Shown piece after piece: positions 1 through 12,478 of a DNA stretch of 54,237 nt. The stretch is taken from NCBI GenBank assembly GCA_000320545.1, contig ADNK01003260.1, forward strand, positions 1 to 54,237. The letters are read 5' to 3'. Both the position numbers and the translations under genes were made by a program. Each line of letters begins with the position of its first letter. Position 1 is the stretch's first letter. Below the pieces are notes generated by a model. The model made no database searches. It saw nothing but the letters and a program-made list of their open reading frames with translations, and had not been told where the DNA came from. This DNA comes from Bigelowiella natans CCMP2755. Taxonomy: Eukaryota; Protista; Cercozoa.

Positions 1-269
1 TTTTTTGCGGGGGGGGTTCATTTTTAGGGGGGGCCGGCCAAATATTTTCACAACCCCACCCCGGACTCGAGGTATTTTTTTAACCTCCCTTTTCTGCAGG
101 GATTCCAAACTTTTTTTTTACGGACAACCCCCCAACAAAATCATTGTTTTTTTTTTCAACCCCCCCACTTTTTTTAGTAAGGGTTTCTGCCGGCCAAGCG
201 GGGTCAGAATTTGGGGGGGGAGCACTTGGAACACCCGGCGGACACCGGGGGTTTGGGGGGGGGGAGGAA

Positions 270-587
270 GATCAGCCACGCAGCGCGGTGGAAAAGGAAA
301 GCGTGCTGCCTGTTAGCGCTCATCACTACACCACAAGGCATCACGTCGCCGCTCTATCTGTTTCCTCACCCCTGCATTTTCAAAGGAGACTGCAGGGTGC
401 TGTAGGAGCTCCACCACCAAACCAAGAACGCGCTTCCAAGGCAGGCTCGCCCCGGTATCAATGGCGGAGCTCAGCGCTGTTGCTTCATCTCGGATGTCGG
501 AGATAACCTAACATCGTCGTAGCGAGTAACAATACGGGTATGACTAGGAACAGCCAAATCATGCAAGCTAGCCAAACTCGCGCGCGA

Positions 588-623
<36 letters not shown>

Positions 624-2320
624 ACGCACACACACCACCATCATCCATCATTTGTGAAATCATCCTCCTCCCACCACCACCATCACCCCTCACCTCAAGA
701 ACAGCGTTTACAAACACACTCGTCTGCGGCCAGGTGGTCTTTTTGAGCAGATCCACGAGCTTGGGCAGCAGCTCATGCGGAGTAGCCAAGTCTCTCGTCA
801 TATCACGGGCAGCGCTGCAGATAGCTTGTCGTCCAACCTAAACAGCATTGCCAAGATTTCCGTCATCACTCGAGTAAATGACAGTAAATAAATTATGATG
901 CCACCTCCCAACAGTCGACAATCGTGCTATATAATATTCATTCCCCAGCCGATTGCCTATGCATCGAAAGGCACGTACGCGCCCCCCCCCCCCCCCCCCC
1001 TCCTTTCTCTTTCTCTCACACACACACACGCACATACACACTAGCAGCCTAATCTTACTGCATCCCGAAAGCACCCACACGCGCCGCATTATTATTTTCC
1101 GTTCTTTTTCCTTCTGGATTGATTCTCACCTCATCCTGCATGTCGAGGTACGCCGCTGTTGCTATAAGATGACGCGCACGCTGCACGTGTGCCTCCCCCG
1201 CATCTTCAGCTTCGAAAAGGAACTTCGAGTCCAGCAGGCGGCAAAACTTGACAGCATCGGGCAAAATACCTTCAGCATCGCCCCGGGTCTCAAATTGATG
1301 CCTACACATCATGTGCCACAGAAGCGCCATCTCCAAACTCAACTTAGAGTTTGCGGAGACCAATAATGATGCGACTGGCCTTTCTTTCTCGAGGGGCTGC
1401 CAGCCATACGCAAGAAGAGATTCCACCAGCAGTTCACACTCAGCAGCGTATTCTATGGGACCGAAGCCCTTGAGCAGACCGATTATGGAGCCCTTCTCTT
1501 CTTCCAACCAGGACAGGCACAACTCCGTGCAAGCGTTCTTACAAACTTGGGATCGATCCTTGAGGCCGAATCGAAGGAGCTCAATTTTGTGCTGCATCGA
1601 GAGTACTCTTAATGGAACCTTTTCCTTGATCGTCTTGTATGCCATGACCCGCACCTGGTCGGACACATCCCGGGCTTTTCGCACGACGACAGGCAAAGTA
1701 TTGGTTGCGTGGATTCCAACGATCTTCAGTGCCGCAAGCCTCACATCCTTACTCGAATCGTCTTCAATGGCCCGAATAATGGCCTGTGTCACGATATCCT
1801 TCGAGTCATTTGGGTTCTGAAGGCGTGCAAGACCGCTCATGGAGGCGGTCCGCACCGACGCGACCTGGTCAATTGATCGAGAACATAGCGCCTCTGCCAT
1901 CTTCTCAAAAATATCAGCGTCACTGCTATCATCATTTAGATCAAAGTCATCTGGCATAGCGTGAAGAATAGACGTTAGTAGCCTCGTTGCCCGGAGCCTG
2001 ACGTTTTTGTCCTTAGCCCGTGTCCTTTCAAGGCAATGTCTCACGATTTTCATCGCGAGTTTACGGGTTAGCTGCGGGTATTTGCGCGCATTTTTGCACG
2101 AAATATTTGCAACAAGGCGGATGAGGCGATCGAATATTGCAGGGCTGTTATCCGGGTGAGCAAATATGTAGTCCAAAAACTTCACGAGGACAGCTGGAAA
2201 ATCGTCTTCAGCCTTTCTGTACGACTTCCAGAGGTTCCTTACGCATCTGTTATGGTTGGCTACAGTCTTCTGGCCGTCGTCAAAAGCACTTTGAATTGCT
2301 TCGACCACTGCAGTTGACAT
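270..2320 (-). CDS. NCAPG: Condensin I non-SMC subunit CAP-G (Cnd3/Ycg1), 3' part truncated at window start
   Basis: ATG at 2320. Exons are 2320-1130, 837-694 and 507 to about 424, joined by GT-AG introns. The HEAT-repeat N-terminus has CAP-G-typical segments (AKDKNVRLRATRLL, DQVASVR, DDSSKDVRLAAL, KARDVSDQVR, GLKDRS..C), and splicing gives MQDE|VGRQ and LE|VISDIRD. The lower boundary is approximate because the sequence below about 270 is degraded. Confidence 0.88.
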
Positions 2321-2715
2321 GGAAACAACGATGTAGAGGTTCGCGGAGGGGGGGGGAAGGTTGGCGGGTCGGTGTTTGTTTGTTGGCTCCAGGCGACCGT
2401 TGCGACAACCCAGATCAACGCGAAAAAATATTTGTATTATACAAGATAGAAAACGAAGAGAATTCCATCTTGCGACTTCAAAAATTACGCCTAAGCCAGG
2501 GCCGTCTCCCCTAATGTTCTCGCAGTAAGATTCTCTGTTATCATTTCTTATTCTACGAAACATAGGTAACCCAAATGTTAAATTTAATTACGACATGGAA
2601 TATAACTCTATATTTAGTTATAATGAAGGTGATGGAGGAAGGATGCTGTTTGATAAGGGCTGAAAATCGTCGGAGTTCCAGAATCGCTCGAGGAGGAAGA
2701 CCACGAAAAGGAGGC

Positions 2716-3174
2716 ATGTCAGGCAAGGGCGCTAGTGCGAAAAAGAAAGAGGAGAGTTCCTCCAAAGGAACCGAGGAGAAAAAAAATCTTGTCCAAGATA
2801 TTCTTGACGAGGATGATGAGTTTGAAGAGTTTCCCAGAGAAAGTAAAGAACCCCTCGAACGCCATCCTATCAATGCATGATTGCGGTCTTTTGATGCGTT
2901 TTGGTCTGGAGTAAGTAGAAGTTTGAAGTCAACTATGCAGCGGAAAATTTGAATTTGGAAGATAGTTAATGTTAATTGTTGTTGTTTAAAATTAGATTGG
3001 GAGAAGAAGGATGAGGACCAACAAGATGAGAAGTTGTGGGAAGACAATTGGGATGACGATGACGTAGATGCACAATTTAGCGAGCAGCTTAGAAAAGAGA
3101 TTCAGAAAGGTATTTCTATATTCGATTATCCACTGTTGAATCTGACCAAATGCATTTTTCCAGGAAATAAATAG
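2716..3174 (+). CDS. SEM1: DSS1/SEM1 small acidic protein (proteasome lid, BRCA2 and TREX-2 partner)
   Basis: Exons 2716-2842, 2996-3109 and 3164-3174 translate to ...ILDEDDEFEEFPRENW...LWEDNWDDDDVDAQFSEQLRKEIQKGNK*, which contains both DSS1 signature blocks. Confidence 0.95.
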
Positions 3175-3601
3175 GTATGGCTTAGCAAAGAGGAAATTAA
3201 ATAAGATGAGCAGCGACGTACGTCCTGCTTCCGTTTCCAACGTCAATATAGTTAGAAAATTCGGCTGAAGAGCACTTATTTGGTGAGCGCAGTCGTGCAA
3301 TCTTCTAGGAAACAACACATTACACATTGTCAGTAGAGAAATTATGCAAGGGTTAATCCTTATGTCTTATTTGCCGTGGAGCAGTTCAGAATTTAAGAAA
3401 AAATCGTGTGCTTTTGTTGCCAAACATCTGCACGCCGAAGTCAGCTGCAGCAAGAGCGGCTGCTTTAGTGCATTTGCTATAAAATGCATCGAATTCATTT
3501 CTATCTAACAATGCCTAAATGCACGGTCTGTAGGTATGCTACGATAGGTGTGTCTAGTGTGTCTAGGTGTGTTGTGCGTTGCGTGTGTATATCTAGATAC
3601 A

Positions 3602-3604
<3 letters not shown>

Positions 3605-3643
<39 letters not shown>
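3605..3643. repeat. (TG)n microsatellite
   Basis: Directly visible dinucleotide run, one of many in the window. Confidence 0.95.
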
Positions 3644-3646
<3 letters not shown>

Positions 3647-4489
3647 GTGAGTGAGAAAGTGAGCGTGCTGCTGCTACTGCTTCTCTTGTATGCGTACGGT
3701 GCGAGTTCATGTCTTAAAATTTTGCTTTAAGTTTGCGGGCAAATAATGATGCTAATCGTAACTTCTAGACTAACTAGCTAGTCTAACAGTAGAGCGTATG
3801 CGGTGCCTACATGGTAGCATGTAGCTGCAGCGCTAGAGCGCGTGGCCGCTATATGTGCTGGTAGTGATACGCATCGGAGAAGGCGCTCCAACGACATGTC
3901 TAGATGTGTACGTGTGATGGCTAGATGGGTACGTATGTTGTTACGCGTTTATGATGTGCAATTTAGCAATATGCACTTGAATATTAAGAATAAAGTAATA
4001 ATTTTATTGTTCTAGTATATATAGATTTAAGTATTATTAGTCAACACTAGTACACAAGACACATTACACACGACATCTTTGCTCAATGATGTTTAGATGC
4101 ATGCCGAGTGATGACGTGATCTATCTGCTCTTAGTTTAGCGTATATTAACGCATGCGCACGGCACGGAATAGCTTCACTTGCGTGCTACGACGATACTAC
4201 ATCGTAGCTTCCCTCCCGCGTATATTTGACAAGTGTTAACTATTACGACGTGAGCCGCGTTGCTTTCAAGATAGTATTGTAGGGCACCAACCCGTAATTA
4301 TTTATTAAGATAGAGCTAAGTCCAGCTCGCACTGTGTGCTTTCGTTAAATAGTTCGCCCGACTGAGCTCTTTTTGCCTGCTGTTCCGTCTGAACATATGA
4401 CGCTACCCTGAGCATCATAGATGTCATATTTAAACTGTAATTGTGTGCGCAGTCATATATACACATATATATTATGTATATAATGTGAG

Positions 4490-4523
<34 letters not shown>

Positions 4524-4795
4524 AATTGTACCTTCAGTGTAAGGAGGCTGTGACGCATCTCTTCTTCGGATCGATCCCACATGGATATAGTTTGATCTAA
4601 GTCAACCTGAGGCGGAGAAAATTTTGGCGTTAGGGCATTCAATTATCCATATAAGTAGCACCATCTTCGCTACCACTGCAGCCATCACTACTCTACAATT
4701 AAGAATCAAATGCCCAAGACAACCGCTAAGTTGTGCTGTGGTACTTTCTGGAAGGCTGTTCCTTATGTGGAGCCGCCAATCGCCTTACCCTCCTC

Positions 4796-7700
4796 CTACC
4801 CTTCTTCATCCTCCCTCATTACTTTTCGGATGAGTTGCGGAGACGATTGAACCGTTGACGAATTTGGTCGGGCCGTCCGATATGTAGAAGCGCTCATGCA
4901 CCTTCTTCTCCTTCTCCTGCAGCCTTCTCTATCGTTTACGTTCCTATTGTGTTGTTCTGGGATCGTCTTTGTCATCGCATTTGTGCTCTGTGAAGGAGGT
5001 TTGGCTTGGCGCGGAGGATACTGCAAGGAGGTGGATGGTAGCAACGACGATGACAACGATGGTGGTGGTAAGGGAACTCTGTTGCCCTCTGATTTGCTAC
5101 GCCTCCCATGATACAACATTGCTTTCTGTATTGCTGCTGCTGCTGCTGCTGCTGCTTGCCCTTTCTCTAAGCTACTAACATTGGGTGATGGTATAGATGA
5201 TGCCGCTAGCGTTGCCCCGCTATCCAAGGGCAATTGTGATAGTTTCCGTTCGGTATTCTTCACGTCGCTTTCATTTTCATGGAGACCACGGTTCTCATGC
5301 GTTTCACCACCTCTACATGCACCATCATCCTCGCTGGCTTCCTCGCCGGCCTCTTTCGCCGCCGCCTCCTCGTTAATATTGCTTGCGGTAGCAGGGGGGT
5401 TGCTAATGAGATAAGCTGGCCACATCGTCGCCGCCGTCACTCCCTTCTCATTCGAAGATTTAGACGACGCCGATGCTGGCGATATAAGTGATAGCGATGA
5501 AGCTGATGGATCAAAAAAGTAGTCTGGCGAATGGAGTTGAGACCTTTCCGGAGGAGATGATGGCCAGCGCACTGCTGCCGCGACCTCCGCATCTCTGCCT
5601 CCTCCTCCAGCTTCTGCTGATGATGCGGCTGTTGATGTTTTTGACTCCGGAGATTTGAGGTAATCCAGGAGGGACGATTCGAGAGTCTGATTATGACCAC
5701 GAGCGTCTTCGTGCTGCAATGGCGACGTGGGCCGTGAGGACACAGGAAGGGATAATCGTGGTCGCCGACGGTGTTGTGGCACTGTCTTAATATCGTCTAA
5801 AGAGCAAAAGGTGCGCTGAACAGGATGATCCTCCTCTTCCTCCTTTTGCTGCTGTTGGTGGTGGTAGAGATGGTCGTGGAAAAGGTGTCCCAGAGAAAAT
5901 GGAGAGCCTCGATGATGAAGTTCTGCAGACAACGGCGACCCTGGATCTCTCTCCATTGATCTAAAAACGAGTAGGAATGGCAGCAGCAGCAGCAGCATTA
6001 TTAGCAGTAATATCAAAGTCTGAGCTGAGGAACTACCAACAAGCGTGATGTCGAAGTCTCAGTGGTGGTAGTTCGGCAGCTAACCCATCTGTTAAAACTG
6101 ACAACATGAGCTTGCAGCGATTCGATTCTCTCCTCCAAATCATGTTTCTCCTTTTGCACCTGACGTAGATGATGCTCGTGGGTCTCACTATATCATTGCT
6201 CACTATATCATTGATACCATAACAGCAACCATTTTCTCCCATCTTTTAAGTGTCGTCATCTAATGATAAAGGACTACACGCTTCACCACCATCACCACCA
6301 CCACCACCACTAGCAGCAGCAGCAAAGTTTCATGTAGACTTAAGCATGTGTTTGTATACCGCCATGAGTCGAGCTCGCAAGCTGCTGTTTTCTCCAGCAA
6401 GCAAGTGGATGTGCTCCCTGGAATCCATCAATTGCCTTTGCAGCAGTTCTATGCGCCTCTCGGAGTCCATGAACTGGCGCTCTAAGAGGCTGTTCTCGTT
6501 CTTGCCCTGTAGCATAAGTAGCAGGGTGATAAGTTGTTTCACATCGAGGATGGAAGTTGATGAGGCATGGTATGCCGACTCTGAATAGAAAATATCCTAC
6601 ATTCCAGCATCACCTGTCACACCGCGGTGTATTTACGCGTAACTATTGCCGATTTAAGCAGCAACTGTGATAATCATCATCTAAAACACAACCACCGCCA
6701 CCTACTTCATCACGGACGCACGCTCCTTCTCCCTCCCCTCATCCTTCCTCCTCCCCAAACCAACCTCTTCTGACTGCCGCTGTTGATGATCAACCCTTGT
6801 TTCTTCTGTCAGGAGCGTCTTCTCTGGTGATTGAAAAACACATACGAACGCATGCAACATCCAGACCAACAACTACATTATCACCCCTGCTTAATACAAC
6901 CCTAGCAACAACAGCAGCAGCAGCAGAAATGTTTATGTCTCAATTCCTCAGGAAGCAAGTAATGCATCACACTACCACGAATATTTTTTGCCTTTTTCTG
7001 CTGCTTTTCCGGGCACTGAGCCAGCTCCCTGTCTTCCCGTATAACGGCTACACCTCTCGTATTGTTGATTGCTGTCATATCTTCTTCAGCGCCAGTATTG
7101 ACATGATTTGTTGAAGTAGCGACGGAGCTAGAAATCATCTCAATCATGGCGTCAGGGGGCACCTTTGTGATGGAAGGAAAGGCCAGCATTAATTTCTTCC
7201 TCTTCTCATTGTTCCCCTTCTTCTTCATTTTCTTCTTCTTCTTCTTCTTCCTCTATATGTCCATCATCACTATCATAATTGAGGTGCTGATTTACTCATC
7301 ATGCTTCCTCTACATGCATGTAGGAACTGATGCAAGAAGAGATGACGTCATCGAAGTTAGAGGGGTAAAGGATAATGAATTAATGGCCGGTATTGTAATA
7401 GTAGGGGCAGTAGTAGAGTGATAATGAAGAGATTTCACCCACAAGTTCGGACGATAGCTTACCTTGATTGTGGGCTCTTTGGATTTGCAATGGACACCCC
7501 GGGTATTGCTAGGCTCCGTGGAAAGTAGAATCTCCGCTACTGCTGTATGTCCTTTTGTAGATGCAAGAGAACCTGCCGTCCATCCACACTTTGCAAAATA
7601 GTATCCAAAATTATATATATACATATATATATGTGTGTACGGAATATTCAGCTAGATTTAAAGGAGGAAAGGTAAGAGAAAACTGCTCTTCCTCGCTCAC

Positions 7701-8345
7701 TTTCGAAATTGATTGAATGTCCGCTTTGTGCTCCAGAAGAAGTTTAACCGTGTCGAAGGATCCCCAATATGCTGCCCAGATCAGTGCTGTATCGCCATGC
7801 TGTTCCAAGAAGACATAATTCAGAATGGAAATTCAAAGATAATGAAAACATGATGCTTGTGCTGCACTAATAATGATAATGATCACGATGAATGACCTTT
7901 TGTTTGACCATCAGGACAACAGAGTATGCAATGCCAAAAGACAACCAACCTTATCCTTTGCTTTCACATCAGCACCTTTGTTAATCAAATCGTTTATCCA
8001 CTGGAACTGCTTCCCCTTAGCTGCATCCACGAGTTCGCACCCTTATTTAATAGCTTGCATTACAACGCGGACTAGGTTTGACAAGTTTTTACGAGCGAAA
8101 CCATATGCAGACACCGAGCTACAGTAACTTTTCAATAAATTTTGGAAGCTGTTGTCATGAAGTTGCACATTCAGAAGCTGTCGTAAACCTTTTTGCGGGC
8201 ATGGCGGAGGGGGGGGTGGGGATACTGGCGGCGGGGGGGATGCCATTTCTGAACCCTGCGATGCGTGACAAGTGCCGCCATATTTTGGAGGACTTTCGTT
8301 GGTATCGAAGTAGCCGGGGCGGGAGGTAGTCATCGCATCATCCAT
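4796..8345 (-). CDS. Ankyrin-repeat protein with a central coiled coil and a long Ser/Pro-rich disordered C-terminus
   Basis: Exons at about 8042-7950 (LVDAA..LINKGADVKAKDK), 7799-7701 (HGDTALIWAAYWGSFDTVKLLLEHKADI) and 7587-7462 (GWTAGSLASTKGHTAVAEILL) form about 3 ankyrin repeats. A coiled-coil-like ORF lies at 6330-6542 and a low-complexity ORF at 4796 to about 5960. Extra 3' exons down to about 4300 are possible, and both ends are uncertain. Confidence 0.7.
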
Positions 8346-8795
8346 TTAAGATGTGATGCGGCACCGCTCCGGAAGTAGGGGGGAACGGAAGGAGGGACGC
8401 CACGTGGACTACTGCACTGATCCGTTGTGGGAAAACAACAAAAATACAGGGAGAATCACAGGCGCGACATCAATATGAATTCGCGACGTACTGCACAATG
8501 TCGGAGAATTTCCTCTTATAACCTTCCCATTTGCCCTCTGCGACAAGGCCAAAAAGGCAAAGCACTTTTCCCCGGACAGAATATTCGCACCGTTCTTTGC
8601 TTCCTACCCTGGCGATTACCGCTTGAAGCTGTAGTTCAGAGTGGTAAAGATGTAAAAATAGGCCCTATTTTTTGTCTTACCCTATCAAAAAAGGTCACAC
8701 AGTTTGAGCTTTATGTCCGAATTTGCGCTTGGAATTCATGGAAATCGGAAACTCTCGACAATTTTTGATGGCGCCCGCGCCTTGACGCACGGCTG

Positions 8796-11768
8796 ATGGA
8801 TCGTCGTCCTCCAGGCCGGCAAGGCCAAGAAGATGGGCGAGCCTATCAATCCAGAGATCCTAGACTTGGAGATTCCTCTTACTACGATGGGTTGAACCCT
8901 ACCCTGCACCACCAGCATGTCGACGGTGCCAACGACGGGAGGAGAGGCGAAAGTGTAGAGGGTATGCAGGCAAACCGCTACGCCCCCATGGCAGCACCCA
9001 CATATCAACAGGTTATAGAAATTTATGTTTATTTGTGCTATACAAACGGAGATGATCTGATCCTGTCGTGTCGGGGATATTTTGAACGCATGACAATGGA
9101 GCAAGTAATGACTCGGAGGAACTGAACCACCACCCAAGATAAAATATCCTTTTCTCAGGAGCATGAGGCCCTGCCAAGGTCTCACTGGAACTCATCCCAG
9201 CAATCAAATGCCAGCCGCACCGACGTCGGGGGGAAGCGCAAGGTTGTAATTGTTGCCGAAAAAGCAACGTTATGATGATTGCTCTCCTGGCTCTTATGCC
9301 TCGTAATAATGCGTAACAAATGTACTCTTAGGTGGTTACAATGAGTTCAAGTAACCGAGGTGAATACAGTTGAATAGTAATCTATATTCACACATTGGAA
9401 GTGAAGAGACTGAGTTGCTTGTTTTGCAAGCATCACTTGCCTCACCCCGACAACATTTTCATCATTCTACGCCTCCCCCTTTCCCTTTCATTTCTCTCCT
9501 CATGGGCCTTGCCATCATCATTCTGTATAATATATATATGATGTTTTTAAGTAATATTAGTTTAATATCACGTCTACTACAGGACGACCCATGCCGGGCA
9601 AGCGTTATCGGTCCTCCACCGAGTCGCATGCTCTTCCAAATCAGCAGACTCCTATCGCCTCGGTACAACTTGTCAGCAGTAGTGGCAGAACCAAATGAGA
9701 GGCCGGTGCGGGCGGCATACTGAAATTTCATTCTTTCTTATTATTATTTTTTAAACTGACATAATCATGACCATTGTTTCTTTTTTTTGTTCTTGCTTTA
9801 TCCTTTCCGTTCACTTCGAACATAGCTGCCAAAACGCAAACTACCGCAGGAACCTTCCCCCTATTCAATTCCTCTACAGCGTCGCACCAACTCCCTGCTC
9901 CCACCGTTGTCTGATTCCTTTGATGACCTGCACGAGACCAAGGGAGATCAAGATGCCGATAGTCGCCAGAAGGGAAGCAACAGCAACAAGGACGGGGCCA
10001 GCTCCGACGTCGTGGACGACGAAGAGCTGACTGAAGACGAGGAGATATCTGATAAAAGCACTGCGATTTTCATAGGAAAGTCGCGGTACTTCGTGCCGCG
10101 AGACCGGCTGGAGATCCAAGCGGACTACGCCTCGGACGGGTTTGGCTTACCCCCCCTCGGCAGCTGTGTCTTCGACTTCAAACACTCCTCGAGCGCAGGG
10201 CCGGCGAAGCGGTCGTCACTTCCCAGTCAGATGATGATCCAGGCCTCAGATATCGTAGGAGTCGGTGCTGGGGAGCAGTCGCAATACAACAGCTCTCAAG
10301 CGGCTGCTATGGCCATCCAAGACACTCTTAATTTACCGCGAGCCTTCCGGACGACACCGCATCTACTCATCCCATCGCCGGAATGGCGACGGGTATGGAG
10401 CTTGCTAGGCTCAAAGCTGATCCCAAAAGAAGTGAGGAGGCTTCAGGGCGTGAGGACGAGCCGAGAGAGCCAGAGGAGGCGCGTCGGGCAGAGCATCGTG
10501 AAGCACCTGCGAAAGCTGGCTGAGAAAAACTTCCGCGGACTGCGGGACGCCGGTCTACGTGCTCGTCGGCTGGTGCGTGATATGCAGGTATTCTGGCGGA
10601 AGCATGAGAAGGAGCTCACGGAGGCTCGGAAGAAGGCCGAGAAGGTCAATGTCGAGAAGCGGCGCACCGACCTGGAGCGTCTCGAGAGGGAGCGGCAGCA
10701 GAAGAAGCTAGAGTTTCTCCTGACGCAGACGGAGCTCTTCTCCCACTTCATTGGGAAGAAGATGGGTATCCTCCCCCCCGACTCGAAGAAGGCGGCACCG
10801 GATCAGGAACAGCAATCAACGCAGCAGCAGCAGCAGCAGCAGCATGACACCAAAAGCTCCTCGCCTTCTTCGCCGATAATGTCAGAAGCCGAGCGCGTCC
10901 AGAGCCTCAAGAGGAAGAGGGAATCAGAGGCGAAAGAGGAGTGCGTAGCGGCCACGCGACAGATGCTGTCGCAGCACTATCAGCGCACCGCACAGTTTGA
11001 TCACGAATTCTCACAAACACAGGCTGGGAAGACCAACGGCAAAGGAGGAGGAAGAGGAAAGGCCGTTGGAGCAGGAGCAGGAGAGGGCGTCAAGACCGAG
11101 TGCGTAGAGTATATCCATGTTGTCGCCATGTTATTTAAGTATTTTGTGGTGTAGTAGTAGTAGTAGTAGTAGTAGTAGTGAATATGTATATTCTTGCGTC
11201 TTTCCGTCTATCTCTCTCTCTGTGTGTGTGTGTGTGTGTGTGCGCGCGGGGGGGGGGGGCCGGGGGGATGGGGAACGACATGACTTTCCTGCTTGAGTAG
11301 CCGGCAGGAGGCCGCACAGCCGTACTGAGTGTTGTTCTTACGATTGGTGCTCTCTCACGCTGCTGTTCCTTCTGATCGTACAGATACGCTATCGACATGG
11401 GGCTGCTGGAGCCCTCAACGATGCCGGTCAACGCAATGCAGGTCACGGAGCCGACGATCTTCCGCGGGAAGCTCAAATCCTACCAGCTGAAAGGGCTGAA
11501 CTGGCTCGCAAACCTGTATGAGCAGGGCATCAACGGCATTTTGGCAGACGAGATGGGGCTCGGGAAGACGATTCAGTCGATCGGCTTCATGGCTCACCTG
11601 GCGAAGAACAAGGGCATATGGGGACCGTTCCTGGTGATCGCGCCCAACTCGACGCTGCACCAGTGGAGGTCGGAGATCGGGAAGTTCTGCCCCAAGCTCA
11701 AGGTGCTGCCCTACTGGGGGACGCAGAAGGAGCGCAAGATCATCCGGAAGTGAGTAGCAGTCGAAGTT

Positions 11769-11799
<31 letters not shown>

Positions 11800-12440
11800 A
11801 AGAGGAAGAAGAAGAAAAAGCTTAGTACGTGCGTCCTTGACTCTCACTTGTTTGGCGATTTCCATGCTGTCTCACACAAACATTCATATCGCCTCCTCCT
11901 CCTCAGATACTGGAAGGGGGAGCTACTGTACAGGGAGGAGGCTGTCTTCCATGTCCTCGTCACCAGCTATCATGTCGTCGTCGCCGATGAAAAGTAGGGA
12001 ACGCCTTTTTCGATGATCCATGCCTACACGATAAGATATCAGCGTCCATCGCATTCTATCCGCAGCAGCAGCAGAAGAAGAAGTTGAAGATGATGATGAT
12101 GATGATGATGATGGTGTGCTTGATAATTCCATATGCTAGTTATGAACGCCATCATAATCATCGTCATCACCATCATTTTTGCTACTATTACAAAAATATA
12201 ACCAAACTCATTTTAGGTACTTCTCACGCATAAAATGGCACTACATGATACTGGACGAGGCCCAGGCCATCAAAAACTCGAGCAGCCTTCGATGGAAGTC
12301 ATTGCTGAACCTGAAGTGCCGCAACCGGCTGCTTCTGACCGGCACTCCTATCCAAAATAGCATGGCAGAGCTATGGGCTTTGCTCCACTTCATCATGCCG
12401 GACTTCTTCGACTCGCACGACGAATTCAATCAATGGTTGT

Positions 12441-12478
<38 letters not shown>

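Noticed and set aside
1-270. Homopolymer-rich stretch with ORFs 5-316, 144-506 and 211-405
   Set aside because: Runs of G, C, T and A typical of a low-quality read end. It is probably degraded CAP-G sequence rather than a real element.
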